Assembly (NCBI GenBank): GCA_016779525.1
Contig: JADHNL010000002.1
Coordinates: 4,437-68,436 of the forward strand
Direction: 5' to 3'
DNA length: 64,000 bases
Source: SAR86 cluster bacterium
GTDB lineage: Bacteria; Pseudomonadota; Gammaproteobacteria; Magnimaribacterales; TMED112
Below the pieces are notes generated by a model. It worked only from the letters and a program-made list of their open reading frames with translations, did no database searches and was not told where the DNA came from. Shown here piece after piece: positions 1-12,419 of this stretch. Made by a program: the position numbers and the translations under genes. Numbering within the stretch: the first letter of the stretch is position 1; each line of letters begins with the position of its first letter.

Positions 1-1
1 G

Positions 2-358
2 GGCACACTTTTTTGGTACCTTCAAAGATTAAGCGCAGTGGTAATTTTATCTTATGTGCTTTATGTGGCCATAAGCTTTTTCGTAAAACCGTATAATATT
101 TCGGCAGCTATTTGGTCAAGCGACATTGATGGCATAAGTTTTAAGATCTTTTCTACATTATTTTTATTTTCTATGTTTTTTCATGGCATTGTAGGTCTAA
201 AAGCTGTTGAAGATGACTATCTATCAAAAAGGACAATTGGTTTTGTTTCGAGCACATTATCGGAATTTTCCTTGATTTTTAGAATTATTTTTAGAGTGTT
301 TGTTGCAATGGTGGTTTTAGTTACTACCTATGTATTTGTACTTAATTATTTGGTGTAA
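2..358 (+). CDS. sdhD: Succinate dehydrogenase hydrophobic membrane anchor subunit SdhD (5' end outside window)
   Basis: The frame is open from the window edge ([13 protein letters not shown]...). The product is hydrophobic, carries the [14 protein letters not shown] His motif, and lies directly upstream of sdhA. Confidence 0.8.
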   Translation, partial: GTLFWYLQRLSAVVILSYVLYVAISFFVKPYNISAAIWSSDIDGISFKIFSTLFLFSMFFHGIVGLKAVEDDYLSKRTIGFVSSTLSEFSLIFRIIFRVFVAMVVLVTTYVFVLNYLV

Positions 359-360
359 AG

Positions 361-2142
361 ATGGATTTAAATGGACAGAATATTTCAGAGAAAAACTTTG
401 ATGTTGTAATTGTTGGTGGCGGAGGTTCAGGCTTACGCGCGTCCCTCGAAATTTCTAAATCAGGACTGAGTGTAGCCGTAGTTTCAAAGGTATTTCCTAC
501 AAGATCTCATACTGTTGCTGCTCAAGGAGGGATTACCTGTGCAATAGCAAGTGCAGATCCTGATGATGACTGGAGATGGCATATGTTTGATACCGTTAAA
601 GGTTCCGATTATATCGGTGACCAGAATGCAATTGAGTATATGTGTTCAGAGGGTCCAGATGCAGTTTTTGAGTTGGAGCATATGGGTCTTCCATTCTCAA
701 GATTTGAAAATGGCAGAATATATCAAAGGCCATTTGGAGGCCAGTCCAAGGAATTTGGTGAAGGTGGACAGGCAGCAAGAACCTGTGCAGCAGCTGATAG
801 AACAGGCCATGCACTACTTCATACGCTATACCAAGCAAACTTAAAGGCAGGAACGAAATTTTTTAACGAATGGTTTGCAGTAAATTTAATTAAAAATACT
901 GAAGGATCTGTTGGTGGCGTGAGTTGCTTCGATATGGAGACTGGAGAATTGTCAATAATAAAATGTAACGCAGTTGTGTTAGCAACTGGAGGAGCTGGCC
1001 AAGTTTACGAGCAAAATACCACCTCTCTTATTTGTACCGGAGATGGCCTTGGTATGGTTTTAAGAAATGACTTACCACTTCAAGATATGGAAATGTGGCA
1101 GTTTCACCCTACAGGGCTTTATGGGAATGGATCATTAATGACTGAAGGCTGTAGAGGTGAAGGGGGCTATTTAATTAATTCAGAAGGTGAAAGATTTATG
1201 CCTACATATGCACCAAAAGCAAAAGATCTTGCCTCCAGGGATGTTGTTTCAAGGTGTATAGTGCAAGAAATTTTAGCTGGAAGAGGTTGTGGCCCTAAAA
1301 AAGATCATGTCTTGTTGAAAATTGATCATCTTGGTGAAGAAGCTATTAAACGTAAACTGCCTGAAATTAGAGAAATATCAATGACTTTTGCTAATGTAGA
1401 CCCTATTAATGAGGCAATTCCAGTTGTCCCAACCTGTCACTATATGATGGGAGGCATACCAACAAATATTCATGGACAAGTTCTTACTCAGGATCAAAAT
1501 GGTGCTGATAAGATCATAGATGGCTTATATTCTATTGGAGAGGCTGCAAACGTTTCAGTCCATGGAGCCAATCGACTTGGTGGAAATTCCTTACTTGATT
1601 TAGTTGTCTTTGGCAGAGCTGCAGGGAGGCATATCAATGAGAAATATAAAGATTCCGGCCGTCAAAACTTACCAAAGAGCGAAGTGGAAAACTCTCTTGA
1701 AGTAACATTCAAATTAAATGAAACCAAAGATGGTGAAAATGTTTTTGATTTAAAAGCAGAAATGCAGAACATAATGCAAAGTTACTTTGGAGTTTATCGA
1801 AATAAAGCACTCATGGAAAAAGGTATAAATAAACTTAACGAAGTAACTGAGAAAACTAAAAAACTCCATCTGAGAGATAAATCAAATCAGTTTAATTCTG
1901 AAAGGGTTGAAGCATTAGAGTACTTAAATATGCTTGATATTGCTAAAGCTACTGCTTTTTCAGCATTAGCTCGAGAGGAAAGTAGAGGTGCTCACGCAAG
2001 GGAAGATTTTCCTGAGAGGGACGATCAAAATTGGTTGTGCCATTCATTATTCTTTTCAAATAATAATGAAGTTAAGAAAAGAGAAGTAAATTTTAAACCT
2101 CAACAAGTGGAAAGTTTTAAGCCAAAAGCAAGAGTATATTGA
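361..2142 (+). CDS. sdhA: Succinate dehydrogenase flavoprotein subunit
   Basis: 593 aa. [14 protein letters not shown] motif, [14 protein letters not shown] and RGEGG motifs typical of SdhA/FrdA. Confidence 0.97.
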   Translation: MDLNGQNISEKNFDVVIVGGGGSGLRASLEISKSGLSVAVVSKVFPTRSHTVAAQGGITCAIASADPDDDWRWHMFDTVKGSDYIGDQNAIEYMCSEGPDAVFELEHMGLPFSRFENGRIYQRPFGGQSKEFGEGGQAARTCAAADRTGHALLHTLYQANLKAGTKFFNEWFAVNLIKNTEGSVGGVSCFDMETGELSIIKCNAVVLATGGAGQVYEQNTTSLICTGDGLGMVLRNDLPLQDMEMWQFHPTGLYGNGSLMTEGCRGEGGYLINSEGERFMPTYAPKAKDLASRDVVSRCIVQEILAGRGCGPKKDHVLLKIDHLGEEAIKRKLPEIREISMTFANVDPINEAIPVVPTCHYMMGGIPTNIHGQVLTQDQNGADKIIDGLYSIGEAANVSVHGANRLGGNSLLDLVVFGRAAGRHINEKYKDSGRQNLPKSEVENSLEVTFKLNETKDGENVFDLKAEMQNIMQSYFGVYRNKALMEKGINKLNEVTEKTKKLHLRDKSNQFNSERVEALEYLNMLDIAKATAFSALAREESRGAHAREDFPERDDQNWLCHSLFFSNNNEVKKREVNFKPQQVESFKPKARVY

Positions 2143-2855
2143 TGAAAGAGTTGCATTTAAGTTTATATAGATTTGATCCAGAAAAAGATCAAAGGCCTTA
2201 TATGTCTGATTATGTTATTGAAATGAATGATTCTGGAAACATGATGGTGATTGATGCTATCAGAAAAGCCCAAGAGCAAGATTCAACAGTGACTTTTAGG
2301 AGGTCATGTGCTCAAGGAGTATGTGGTTCTGATGGTGTAAATATGAATGGACAAAATGGTTTGGCATGCATAACAGCGGTTAGCGATGTTGCTATAGGGA
2401 ACAAACTTGAAGTACGACCATTGCCAGGGCTTCCAGTCATTAAGGATCTTATCGTTGATATGAAACCTTTTTATGATCAGTATGAAAAGGTAAAGCCGTT
2501 TTTAGATAATGATGAAGAGGTTACAACTGGCCATGAAAGACTACAAAGCCCAAAAGAGAGAGATAGGCTGGATGGGTTATATGAATGTGTACTGTGCGCA
2601 TGTTGCTCAACAAGCTGTCCATCTTTTTGGTGGAACCCTGAAAAATTTGTAGGTCCTGCAGCTTTACTACAAGCTTATAGATTTATTGCTGATACTAGAG
2701 ATAAGCAAAAAGCACAAAGACTGAAAAAGTTAGATGATGCCTTTAGTGTTTATAGATGCCATGGAATTATGAATTGCACATCTGTTTGTCCTAAAGGGCT
2801 GAATCCATCCAAAGCGATCAATGAGATTAAGAAGGAGCTAAGAAAAATAGGATAG
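2139..2855 (+). CDS. sdhB: Succinate dehydrogenase iron-sulfur subunit
   Basis: 238 aa. 2Fe-2S Cys cluster ([11 protein letters not shown]) plus [12 protein letters not shown] and [12 protein letters not shown] clusters. Overlaps the sdhA stop. Confidence 0.97.
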   Translation: MMKELHLSLYRFDPEKDQRPYMSDYVIEMNDSGNMMVIDAIRKAQEQDSTVTFRRSCAQGVCGSDGVNMNGQNGLACITAVSDVAIGNKLEVRPLPGLPVIKDLIVDMKPFYDQYEKVKPFLDNDEEVTTGHERLQSPKERDRLDGLYECVLCACCSTSCPSFWWNPEKFVGPAALLQAYRFIADTRDKQKAQRLKKLDDAFSVYRCHGIMNCTSVCPKGLNPSKAINEIKKELRKIG

Positions 2856-5647
2856 TGTCAAAATCAATTGAGGAGAAAATCCTAGACAGCTTTAAATATG
2901 GAGGTAACTCAAACTACCTCGAAGATCTCTACCAAAAATACCTTTTAGACCCTAATGAAATAGACAGTGATTGGAAAAATTACTTTGATTCCATCCATAC
3001 AAATGTAGAAGAGAGAAATCACCAAGCTATTCAAGACCGGTTTAAGAATATCCGACTCAGCAGAAAAAGCCGCAATGAAGAGAAAACTGTTCTTGAGTCA
3101 CCAAAAAGTTCGGAAGTACAAAATTTAATCAATGCATTTAGAAGAAGAGGTCATCAGGTAGCAAAAATTGATCCTCTTCACCTAAGAAAAGAAAAAAATA
3201 TCTCAGACCTAAATCTTTCATTTCATAACTTATCTGAAGTTGATTTAGAAACATCATTTGCTCTTTCAAATTTTCAAGACGGAAAAACAATGACACTAAG
3301 TGAAATCAAGACCTCAATTGAGCAAACCTATACTTCAAATATTGGTTACGAATTCATGCATATTGTCGATAGCAAGATTCGTAGATGGTTCCTAGATAAA
3401 ATTGAGGGAAAAGCAAACCCATACGCTTTTACTGGCGATGAAAAAAAACAAATTCTCAAGCGTGTTGTTGATTCAGAAGGTCTTGAAAAATTTCTAGCTT
3501 CTAAATACCCAGGTGCAAAAAGGTTTGGTTTAGAGGGGGGAGAGTCCTTAATTCCACTCTTAGATACACTTATTGAAGATTTTGGTTCTAAGGGGGTAAA
3601 AGAAGTTTGTTTAGGCATGTCTCACAGAGGCCGTCTGAACGTTTTAATAAATGTAATGGGTAAGAAGCCTAGCGAGCTATTTTCAGAGTTCGCCGAGGAA
3701 CTAGATGCACATGATGCCAGAACAGGAGATGTAAAATATCACTTAGGATTTTCCTCCAATGTTCTAACAAGTGGCGGCGAAGTACACCTCTCACTTGGTT
3801 CAAACCCATCTCATTTAGAGATTGTCAATCCTGTAATTCTTGGCTCAGTTAAAGCTCGACAAGACAGAAGACAAGATGAGAAGAAGAAAAAAGTTGTTCC
3901 AATCTTAATGCATGGTGATGCGTCTTTTGCTGGGCAGGGTGTAGTAATGGAGATTCTTCAACTGTCGCAAACTAGAGCTTTTGGAGTTGGAGGAACAGTA
4001 CACATTGTTGTGAATAATCAAATTGGTTTTACCACTAGTTTGAAAAAGGATGCAAGGTCAACTGAATATTGTACAGATGTAGGTAAAATGATTGAAGCTC
4101 CAATATTGCATGTCAACGGTGATGATCCAGAGGCTTGTGTTACTGCAGCAAAACTGGCTGTTGAATTTAGAGATACTTTTAAACGAGATATTATTATTGA
4201 TTTTGTTTGTTATAGAAGGAGGGGTCACAATGAAAGCGATGAACCGTTTGCTACTCAACCTTTAATGTATAGCAAAATCAAATCAAAAAAGACGGTTACT
4301 GAACTTTATTCTGATAAGTTAATTTCAAATAACACAATAAGTATTGAACAATTTGAAAACTTCAAATCAAACTACAGAGCAAATATGGAAAAAGGAGAAC
4401 TGGTGGCATTATCGATGGCTTCAGACCCTGACCGATCTATGTATTTTGACTGGACCCCATACCTGAAACCTGATAAGAAAAAAACCTACCCAACAGCTGT
4501 TAGTATGGCGCAGCTTAAAGAGTCATTTAAATATTGTTTAGAGATCCCTGAAAGTTTGCAAATGCAAAAACAAGTTGAAAAGCTTTATCAAGATAGAACT
4601 TTGATGGCAAAAGGAGAGATGAGAATAAATTGGGGTTTTGCAGAAATGGTTGCGTATGCCACTTTACTACAGGATGGTTACCCAGTGAGAATGACTGGTC
4701 AAGATTCTAGAAGAGGAACATTTTCCCATAGACACTTAGTTGTTAAGGATCAAATCTCTGGTGAAGGTTTTGTTCCTATATCAAGACTAAATAAGGGCAA
4801 TAAAAAATTTGAAATATTTGACTCTTTATTGTCTGAAGAGGCTGTTCTTGGATTTGAGTATGGCTACTCCTCAACATGGCCAGAGGGCCTAGTAATTTGG
4901 GAAGCTCAGTTTGGGGATTTTGCTAATGTTGCCCAGGTAGTTATTGATCAGTTTATAGTCAGTGCTGAAACAAAATGGGGAAGACTTTCAGGGTTGACTA
5001 TGTTTCTACCTCATGGGTATGAGGGTCAAGGCCCTGAACATAGCAGTTGTCGATTGGAAAGGTTTTTACAGCAATGCGCATATGATAATATCCAAGTCTG
5101 CGTTCCAACATTGCCATCACAAATATTTCATTTGCTAAGACGTCAAACTGTAAACCCACAGAGAAAACCACTGGTTGTCTTGACACCAAAAAGTTTACTG
5201 AGAAATCCTCAAGCAACTTCAGAATTAGCTGATTTAACTAATGGCACATTCAAAAATATAATTGTCGATGAAACAAACAAGCAACCAAGAAAAGTTATTT
5301 TGTGCTCAGGTAAGGTTTATTTTGATATCTTAACTGAAATAAAAGAGAAAAAAATTGAAGATATTCAGCTTATAAGAGTTGAGCAACTATATCCTTTTCC
5401 TGAATCTGAGCTTATTGCCTGTACCAAAAAAATTAAAAGTAAAGATTTTTACTGGGTTCAAGAGGAGCCAGAGAATATGGGGGCCTGGTTAATGATACGC
5501 CACAGGATAGAAAAAGTTCTTAATGAAACGAAAAAAGGATACAAGCTGAGCTGTATTGCAAGAAATCCATCGGCAGCTCCAGCAGGTGGATATCAAAAAT
5601 ACCATCAAAAACGACAAAAAGAGATAGTTAGGAAAGCTTTACAGTAA
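2855..5647 (+). CDS. sucA: 2-oxoglutarate dehydrogenase E1 component
   Basis: 930 aa with a GTG start at the sdhB stop. Motifs YRRRGHNESDEP, WEAQFGDFAN, GYEGQGPEHSS. Confidence 0.97.
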   Translation: MSKSIEEKILDSFKYGGNSNYLEDLYQKYLLDPNEIDSDWKNYFDSIHTNVEERNHQAIQDRFKNIRLSRKSRNEEKTVLESPKSSEVQNLINAFRRRGHQVAKIDPLHLRKEKNISDLNLSFHNLSEVDLETSFALSNFQDGKTMTLSEIKTSIEQTYTSNIGYEFMHIVDSKIRRWFLDKIEGKANPYAFTGDEKKQILKRVVDSEGLEKFLASKYPGAKRFGLEGGESLIPLLDTLIEDFGSKGVKEVCLGMSHRGRLNVLINVMGKKPSELFSEFAEELDAHDARTGDVKYHLGFSSNVLTSGGEVHLSLGSNPSHLEIVNPVILGSVKARQDRRQDEKKKKVVPILMHGDASFAGQGVVMEILQLSQTRAFGVGGTVHIVVNNQIGFTTSLKKDARSTEYCTDVGKMIEAPILHVNGDDPEACVTAAKLAVEFRDTFKRDIIIDFVCYRRRGHNESDEPFATQPLMYSKIKSKKTVTELYSDKLISNNTISIEQFENFKSNYRANMEKGELVALSMASDPDRSMYFDWTPYLKPDKKKTYPTAVSMAQLKESFKYCLEIPESLQMQKQVEKLYQDRTLMAKGEMRINWGFAEMVAYATLLQDGYPVRMTGQDSRRGTFSHRHLVVKDQISGEGFVPISRLNKGNKKFEIFDSLLSEEAVLGFEYGYSSTWPEGLVIWEAQFGDFANVAQVVIDQFIVSAETKWGRLSGLTMFLPHGYEGQGPEHSSCRLERFLQQCAYDNIQVCVPTLPSQIFHLLRRQTVNPQRKPLVVLTPKSLLRNPQATSELADLTNGTFKNIIVDETNKQPRKVILCSGKVYFDILTEIKEKKIEDIQLIRVEQLYPFPESELIACTKKIKSKDFYWVQEEPENMGAWLMIRHRIEKVLNETKKGYKLSCIARNPSAAPAGGYQKYHQKRQKEIVRKALQ

Positions 5648-5660
5648 TAGAATATAGACC

Positions 5661-6878
5661 ATGGCCGAAGATATTAAATCTCCAATCTTTCCAGAGTCAG
5701 TTTTCGAAGGAACTTTATCAAACTGGGTCAAAAAAGAAGGTGAAACATTTAAACAAGACGATGTTCTTGCTGAGATTGAAACTGATAAGGTTGTAATTGA
5801 AGTAACTGCTCCATCTGACGGAACTATAGAAAAGATTTTAATACCTGAAGGAACAACAATTAAAAGCTCAGAGGTAATAGGCAACTTTACCAAAGGAACT
5901 AAGACTTCAGCTCCAAAACCTGCTCCAAAAGAAAATATTAAAACAAGCAAACCATCCAATAAAAAAGATCAGTCAGAATCAAAACCCATTTCAGAGGAAC
6001 CTTTATCCAAGGGTTTTAGAATGGGACCAGCGGCAAAAAAACTACTTAATGAAAAAGATTTATCAATAGAAAGCATTGAAACTACATCTAAAAAAGGTGT
6101 AGTTACAAAAGCAGATATTCTAAAGGCACCAGATAAAAAACCTCAAAAACCTGTTGCGCAAGATGATTCTATCAGCACAACAAGGTCAGAAAGAGTTCCA
6201 ATGACAAGGTTAAGATCAGTAGTTGCTAATAGGTTGCTTGAATCACAGACCCAGACAGCATCTTTAACTACTTTCAATGAGGTTGATTTATTTGAAGTTA
6301 AGAATTTAAGAGCAAAATATAAAGATGTATTTGAACAAAAATTCGGAGTAAAGCTTGGATTTATGGGCATGTTTCTTAAAGCATCCTCAATTGCACTACA
6401 AGAAATGCCAATAGTTAACGCTTCTATCGACGGCGAGGATATTCTATACCATGGATACCAAGACATAGGCGTAGCAGTTTCAACAGACAGAGGCCTTGTT
6501 GTGCCAGTAATTAGAGATGTTCAGGATCTCTCAATTGCTGAAATTGAATTATCTCTTGTTGAATACTCTACTAAAGCTAGAGAGGGGAAGCTTTCAATTG
6601 AGGAAATGACAGGTGGAACTTTTACAATATCAAACGGTGGCGTTTTTGGATCTCTTCTTTCAACCCCAATTCTTAATCCACCTCAATCTGCAATTTTGGG
6701 CATGCACAAAATTCAGGATAGGCCAGTTGTAGTAAATGGCGAGATTCAGATTAGACCTATGATGTATTTGGCACTAACTTACGATCATAGGTTGCTAGAT
6801 GGGAAAGATGCAGTATCATTCCTTGTAAAAATTAAAGAATCTCTGGAATCTCCAGAGTCTATGATGTTAGGGGTATAA
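5661..6878 (+). CDS. sucB: Dihydrolipoyllysine-residue succinyltransferase (E2o)
   Basis: 405 aa. Lipoyl domain (EIETDKVV), Ala/Pro/Lys linker, catalytic [10 protein letters not shown] motif. Confidence 0.96.
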   Translation: MAEDIKSPIFPESVFEGTLSNWVKKEGETFKQDDVLAEIETDKVVIEVTAPSDGTIEKILIPEGTTIKSSEVIGNFTKGTKTSAPKPAPKENIKTSKPSNKKDQSESKPISEEPLSKGFRMGPAAKKLLNEKDLSIESIETTSKKGVVTKADILKAPDKKPQKPVAQDDSISTTRSERVPMTRLRSVVANRLLESQTQTASLTTFNEVDLFEVKNLRAKYKDVFEQKFGVKLGFMGMFLKASSIALQEMPIVNASIDGEDILYHGYQDIGVAVSTDRGLVVPVIRDVQDLSIAEIELSLVEYSTKAREGKLSIEEMTGGTFTISNGGVFGSLLSTPILNPPQSAILGMHKIQDRPVVVNGEIQIRPMMYLALTYDHRLLDGKDAVSFLVKIKESLESPESMMLGV

Positions 6879-8297
6879 ATGGATTTTGATGTATTAGTGA
6901 TTGGAGGTGGCCCCGGAGGCTATGTAGCTGCAATTAAATCATCTCAATTAGGCTTAAATACAGCATGTATAGAATTTGATTCTACCGAAGATGAAAAGTT
7001 AAAACTCGGAGGTACTTGCTTAAACGTTGGATGCATTCCATCAAAATCACTTCTTGATTCATCATATAAGTTTCATCAATTAAAAGATGGCTTAGCTGAG
7101 CACGGCATCTCAGCAGGTAAGCCTAAACTAGATATTTCAAAAATGATGGATAGAAAAAATGCTATCGTAAAAAAACTTACTGGTGGGGTTTCACATCTTT
7201 TTTCACACAATAAAGTTACTTCCATTCATGGGAAAGGAAAGCTGGTAAATCCAACAACTGTAGAGGTCACTGACAATAAAGGCAAAAAAAATACTTATAC
7301 TGCTAAGAATATAATTCTTGCTGCTGGCTCTCGTCCAATAAATATACCAAGTGTGCCATGGAACGGTACAAGTGTAATTGGAAGTTCTGGTGCTCTTGAA
7401 CTCGAGGAAGTGCCCAAGAGCCTAGCAATCATAGGTGCAGGAGTAATTGGCCTCGAATTAGGAAGTGTTTGGTCAAGGCTTGGTTCTAAAGTTGAAATAT
7501 TTGAAGCTGAAAACAGCCTGCTCCCGATGCTTGACCGAGACGTGGTGAAGGTAATTGAAAGAGAATTTAAGAATCAAAATCTTAATATCAGCCTAGGTTG
7601 TTTTGTAAAAGGTTCAAAAACATCAAGAAGTGGAGTTTCTTTAGAGGTTGAAATTGAAGGCAAATTACAGAAAAAGTCCTTCGATAAAGTCATAGTTGCT
7701 GTTGGCAGAAGACCATTCACAGAAGACTTATTAGCTAAAGATTGCGGGCTAGAATTAGATGAGAGAGGATTCATTACTGTTAATGATTACTGCCAAACAA
7801 TATTGCCGAATGTCTACGCAGTTGGTGACATTGTAAGAGGACCAATGTTGGCCCATAAAGCTATGGAAGAGGGTGTAATGGCCGCTGAAAGAATTGCAGG
7901 GAAAAAAATGGAAGTTAATTATAACTTAGTGCCTTCAGTAATTTATACGCACCCTGAGATTGCATGGGTAGGTAGAACAGAGGAAGATTTAAAAAATGAT
8001 GGCGTAGAATTCAAGAAAGGGAATTTTCCATTTGCAGCTAGTGGTAGAGCCTTAGCAGCTGGCGATTCAGCAGGATTAGTAAAAATGCTTGCAGATAAAG
8101 ATACGGATGAAGTTTTAGGAATTCAAATTTTTGGGAACGGTGCTGCGGAAATATTGCAACAAGGTTTAATCGGTATGGAGTTTTCTGCTAGTTCAGAAGA
8201 TTTTGGTTTAACTATGTTCAGCCATCCAACTGTTTCTGAGGCTTTGCATGAGGCTGCACTCGCAGTAAACAAGCAAGCAATACATATTGGTAATTAA
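6879..8297 (+). CDS. lpdA: Dihydrolipoyl dehydrogenase (E3)
   Basis: 472 aa. GGGPGGY FAD motif, redox-active GGTCLNVGCIPSK, C-terminal HPTVSE. Its position between sucB and sucC matches Pseudomonas. Confidence 0.95.
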   Translation: MDFDVLVIGGGPGGYVAAIKSSQLGLNTACIEFDSTEDEKLKLGGTCLNVGCIPSKSLLDSSYKFHQLKDGLAEHGISAGKPKLDISKMMDRKNAIVKKLTGGVSHLFSHNKVTSIHGKGKLVNPTTVEVTDNKGKKNTYTAKNIILAAGSRPINIPSVPWNGTSVIGSSGALELEEVPKSLAIIGAGVIGLELGSVWSRLGSKVEIFEAENSLLPMLDRDVVKVIEREFKNQNLNISLGCFVKGSKTSRSGVSLEVEIEGKLQKKSFDKVIVAVGRRPFTEDLLAKDCGLELDERGFITVNDYCQTILPNVYAVGDIVRGPMLAHKAMEEGVMAAERIAGKKMEVNYNLVPSVIYTHPEIAWVGRTEEDLKNDGVEFKKGNFPFAASGRALAAGDSAGLVKMLADKDTDEVLGIQIFGNGAAEILQQGLIGMEFSASSEDFGLTMFSHPTVSEALHEAALAVNKQAIHIGN

Positions 8298-9460
8298 TGA
8301 ATTTACACGAATATCAAGCTAAAGAGCTATTTGAAAAATATGGTATGCCTGTATCTAAAAGAAGTTTAATAACTAATAAAGAAAACATTGAGGATGCACT
8401 CGATCAAATAAACTTCTCTGATGGTTGTGTTGCTAAAGTTCAAGCTCATACCGGTGGCAGGGGCAAGGTTGGCGGGGTTAAATTATGCAGATCAATTGAA
8501 GACGTAAAAGTTTTTGTCGATCAATGGCTTGGGAAAAATATTGTGACCATTCAAACCGACAATGAAGGTCTTCCTGTTAACGTAATTTCACTCGAAGAAT
8601 TAACAAATATAAGTAAAGAGCTTTATATGAGTCTTGTCGTCGATAGAGGGTCAAAATCTATTTCGATGATAGTGTCTGAAGCAGGCGGAATGAATATTGA
8701 AGAAGTAGCTGAAACAAATCCTGAGAAAATATTAAAAGCTCAGCTAAATTCAGATTTTAAAATTTTAGAAGATGAAGTTGCTCATATTGCAAAACAGCTC
8801 TCATTAAATGAATCTCAAAGCAAAGAATTTAATGAAATAATTGATAGCTGTTGTCGGTTGTTTAAAGACAAAGATCTTAGTTTGCTGGAAATAAACCCCC
8901 TTGTTATTACAGACAAAGGACATTTGCATTGCCTAGATGCAAAAATAAATGTTGATGAGAATGCACTTTACCGTCAAGAAGACTTAACAGTCTTAAGAGA
9001 TGCCTCACAAGAAGATCAAAGAGAATACGAAGCTAAGCAAAGTGATTTAAGTTATGTTGCCCTTGATGGCAATATTGGTTGCATGGTAAATGGGGCAGGA
9101 TTGGCTATGGGAACAATGGATACCATAAAATTATACGATGGTGAGCCTGCAAATTTTCTTGATGTTGGCGGCACAGCAACAAAAGAAAGAGTTTCAACAG
9201 CTTTTCAGCTGATTCTTTCAGACAAGAATGTTAAAGGTATTTTAGTTAACATCTTTGGAGGAATTGTGCGCTGTGATCTGATTGCTCAGGGTATTATTGA
9301 TGCAATAAAAGAAAGGAGCGTGGATGTACCAATAGTTGTTAGGTTGCAAGGCAACCAATCCGACTATGGCAAAGAATTGTTAAATCAATCTGGCTTGAAT
9401 GTTATTGGGGAAGACTCTCTTCAACTAGCCGCTCAGAAAATAGTGGAGCTAGTTAGATGA
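8297..9460 (+). CDS. sucC: Succinyl-CoA ligase (ADP-forming) beta subunit
   Basis: 387 aa. [13 protein letters not shown]-terminus, ATP-grasp, [15 protein letters not shown] motif. Confidence 0.97.
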   Translation: MNLHEYQAKELFEKYGMPVSKRSLITNKENIEDALDQINFSDGCVAKVQAHTGGRGKVGGVKLCRSIEDVKVFVDQWLGKNIVTIQTDNEGLPVNVISLEELTNISKELYMSLVVDRGSKSISMIVSEAGGMNIEEVAETNPEKILKAQLNSDFKILEDEVAHIAKQLSLNESQSKEFNEIIDSCCRLFKDKDLSLLEINPLVITDKGHLHCLDAKINVDENALYRQEDLTVLRDASQEDQREYEAKQSDLSYVALDGNIGCMVNGAGLAMGTMDTIKLYDGEPANFLDVGGTATKERVSTAFQLILSDKNVKGILVNIFGGIVRCDLIAQGIIDAIKERSVDVPIVVRLQGNQSDYGKELLNQSGLNVIGEDSLQLAAQKIVELVR

Positions 9461-10326
9461 GCGTCCTAATCAATAAAGAAACTAAAGCAATTTTTCAAGG
9501 GTTTACTGGGTCGCAAGCAACCATGCATGCTGAGCAATGCATTGAATATGGCACCAATGTTGTAGCAGGAGTTACTCCAGGCAAAGGTGGCATGACTCAT
9601 CTTGAAAAACCGGTATTCAATTCAGTCAAAGAGGCATGCACACAAACAGATGCTGATACAAGTGTAATTTTTGTTCCAGCTAAGTTCACTAAAGCAGCAA
9701 TTATTGAGGCTGCAGAAGCTGGAATTAGTTTAATAATATGTATTACAGAGGGTGTGCCAGTAATTGACATGATTGAAGTTACAAATGTGCTCAAGCAGCA
9801 CCCTGAAGTTAGACTGGTTGGCCCAAATTGTCCAGGAGTAATTACTCCAGGTGAGGCAAAACTTGGAATTATGCCAGCATCTATACATCAAAGAGGTTCT
9901 GTAGGAATTGTTTCAAGATCTGGGACTTTAACTTATGAGGCTGTTAAGCAAACGACCGATACAGGCCTTGGTCAAAGCACTTGTATAGGTATAGGAGGCG
10001 ATCCTATTAATGGAACTTCATTTATTGACTGCTTGAGAATGTTTGAAGAAGATCAGCAAACAGATTCAATAGTCATGGTAGGGGAGATTGGTGGTACTGC
10101 AGAAGAAGAGGCAGCTGAATATATTAAGAGTAATGTCACTAAACCAGTTGTATCTTATATTGCAGGAGTGACGGCACCTAAAGGTAAGCGAATGGGCCAT
10201 GCTGGAGCTATTATTTCCGGTGGTAAAGGAACAGCTCAAGACAAATTTAAAGCATTGGAGTCAGCAGGTGTAGGTGTTGTAACAGATTTAAACCTTATTG
10301 GCTCTACGTTAAAAGAGCTCCTTTAG
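9457..10326 (+). CDS. sucD: Succinyl-CoA ligase alpha subunit
   Basis: 289 aa. SRSGTLTYE and [11 protein letters not shown] (phosphohistidine loop) motifs. Confidence 0.97.
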   Translation: MSVLINKETKAIFQGFTGSQATMHAEQCIEYGTNVVAGVTPGKGGMTHLEKPVFNSVKEACTQTDADTSVIFVPAKFTKAAIIEAAEAGISLIICITEGVPVIDMIEVTNVLKQHPEVRLVGPNCPGVITPGEAKLGIMPASIHQRGSVGIVSRSGTLTYEAVKQTTDTGLGQSTCIGIGGDPINGTSFIDCLRMFEEDQQTDSIVMVGEIGGTAEEEAAEYIKSNVTKPVVSYIAGVTAPKGKRMGHAGAIISGGKGTAQDKFKALESAGVGVVTDLNLIGSTLKELL

Positions 10327-11664
10327 TTTATTTTTCTTTGTTTTCAATCTTCTTAGATTCAGGATCATGCTAACAACGATACCAATAATCATTCCTATCC
10401 ACATGCCCTCAGCTTGGTTTCGTACATATTTTCCATCCCCAAAAGCAAAATAAACACCTAATGGCAAAGCAAAAACCCAGTATGAGATTACTAGATTAAC
10501 CATTGGGCCAAATGTGTCTTTGTGACCCCTTAACGAACCTACTGCAGAAAAACCTACTGCATCTGGAATTTGAAAAATTACTGCATAATACAAAAGAACT
10601 AAAGCCATCATTGCGACTTCAGAATTGTCTGTATAAATCGATATAAGAAATGAGCCAAAAACTATAATTGCTATCATGTTTACAGAAGCAACTAGAAGAG
10701 ATATTTTTAATGAAAAATTTGTAGCATAGTTGGCCTGTGTATAATTCTTTTCGCCAATGAGGTTGCCAACTCTAATAGCAGAAGCTAGACCCAGTGATAA
10801 AGGAAGCATGAAAAGCAGACCCACTAAATTTAAGGCTATGGTATGCCCAGCCAAAGCAGTTGCACCAAAAAAAGAAATTATCAAAGCTGCTCCACTGAAC
10901 ATGCTTAGTTCCACAAAAACTCCAAAGCTTATGGGGATACCTATCTTAAATAACTCTATTGAACTACTTATTTCAGGATTGATAAATTTGCCGTAAAGTC
11001 GTGTTTCTTTATACCTATCTGAGAAGAGAGTAATTAACCAAAAACATATTAACCCCATGACTACGAGCACTGTAGTTGCGTAACCACAACCCACACCACC
11101 TAAGTCAAAGTAAAAAATAAAGAGATAATTAAAAGGAATGTTTAAGAGAAAAATTGCCAAACTTATCAAAAAAACAGTTTTAGTTTCAGTAATGCCTTCA
11201 CTGTAACCCCGTAATGCTTGATAGATTGTCATTGGTATAGCGCCGAGGGAAATAATCTTTAGATAATCAATTGCAATTTGCTTTATGTTCTGTTCAGCTT
11301 CAATGAAGTTGAAAATTAAATAAGCATTGCTTAACGCTAAAAAAAATAAAAACCCTATAAAAAACGCAACCCAAATAAACCTTCTTATTTTTAGCTTAAT
11401 TTCTTCAAAACTTTTTTGACCATAAAGCTGTGCAACAATGGGGTTAATGCCAAACATGACACCAGCTGTAAGAAAATAAAGAGGGTTAAAAATTGATGCA
11501 GCTAAACCCAAGCCAGCTAAATCATCTGAACTGTAGTAGCCAGCCATGATGTAGTCTGTTGTTGTTAGCCCATACATGACTATTTGTGTCCCTAAAATAG
11601 GGACACCAATAGCTAAAAATCTTTTAGCTTCTCGGTAAAAATTTGCTACATTAAGGTCAATCAC
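10309..11664 (-). CDS. norM: MATE family multidrug efflux transporter (NorM-like)
   Basis: 451 aa with about 12 predicted TM segments and a MATE-like N-terminus ([18 protein letters not shown]). GTG start. Its 3' end overlaps sucD by 18 nt. Confidence 0.88.
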   Translation of the reverse strand: MIDLNVANFYREAKRFLAIGVPILGTQIVMYGLTTTDYIMAGYYSSDDLAGLGLAASIFNPLYFLTAGVMFGINPIVAQLYGQKSFEEIKLKIRRFIWVAFFIGFLFFLALSNAYLIFNFIEAEQNIKQIAIDYLKIISLGAIPMTIYQALRGYSEGITETKTVFLISLAIFLLNIPFNYLFIFYFDLGGVGCGYATTVLVVMGLICFWLITLFSDRYKETRLYGKFINPEISSSIELFKIGIPISFGVFVELSMFSGAALIISFFGATALAGHTIALNLVGLLFMLPLSLGLASAIRVGNLIGEKNYTQANYATNFSLKISLLVASVNMIAIIVFGSFLISIYTDNSEVAMMALVLLYYAVIFQIPDAVGFSAVGSLRGHKDTFGPMVNLVISYWVFALPLGVYFAFGDGKYVRNQAEGMWIGMIIGIVVSMILNLRRLKTKKNKLKELF

Positions 11665-11816
11665 GCTAGATGTATTCTAGCTTATAATTTATTAAGGAGC
11701 AGAACATTAATAAAGAGCAAAGACCCTTCTGGCTAAAACAACTATTTAATTCATTCAGTGCTTTTTATATCCACCATTTTTTAAAACCTAAGTTCACAAA
11801 CTTTGGTAAGAGTGTG

Positions 11817-12419
11817 ATGATTTTAAAGCCACAGCACCTACGTATTTTTGGATCTAATATTCATTTAGAAGATTTTGTAACTATTATTTGTGCATCTGAT
11901 AAGAAGATTGATCTATCAACCTGGCAAACCGATAAATTAAATGGAGAGCTCCATATAGGAAGTTATGTTTTGATGTCACCAGGTATAAATATTAGATGTG
12001 CAAAGAAGATCACTATAGGCAAGTCAACCATGATTGCTAGTGATGTTACTATCACAGACTCCGATTGGCATGGTATATACGATAGAACTGATTATGTTGC
12101 GAACCCAAAAGAGATAAGTATTGGAGAAAATGTTTGGATTGGGGAAAGATCATTAATTTTGAAAGGGTCAAAAATAGGAAACAATTCGATTATTGGTGCA
12201 GGTTCAGTTGTTACTGGAGAGATTCCACCAAACTCAGTTTATGCAGGCAATCCAGCTAAGTTCATTAAAGAACTCAATGAGCAGGAATTTATTACCAGAG
12301 AAAGTCTATTTGAGGAATCCTCAACGTATTTAGAAGATTTACTAACAATTGAAAAAGGCATGACAAATGAAAATTCTTTATTAAGCTGGTTAAAATCATT
12401 GCTATGGCCAAAGAGGTAA
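11817..12419 (+). CDS. Left-handed beta-helix (hexapeptide-repeat) acyl/acetyltransferase
   Basis: Hexapeptide repeats (IGENVWIGERSLILKGSKIGNNSIIGAGSVVTGEIPPNSVYAGNPAKFI). The start is uncertain: GTG 11814, ATG 11817, or an upstream ATT at 11706 (see findings). Confidence 0.8.
   Translation: MILKPQHLRIFGSNIHLEDFVTIICASDKKIDLSTWQTDKLNGELHIGSYVLMSPGINIRCAKKITIGKSTMIASDVTITDSDWHGIYDRTDYVANPKEISIGENVWIGERSLILKGSKIGNNSIIGAGSVVTGEIPPNSVYAGNPAKFIKELNEQEFITRESLFEESSTYLEDLLTIEKGMTNENSLLSWLKSLLWPKR

Noticed and set aside
11662-11680. A small inverted repeat GCTAGA-TGTAT-TCTAGC at the MATE gene start as a regulatory hairpin.
   Set aside because: It has only 6 bp, no conserved context, and is indistinguishable from chance in AT-rich DNA.
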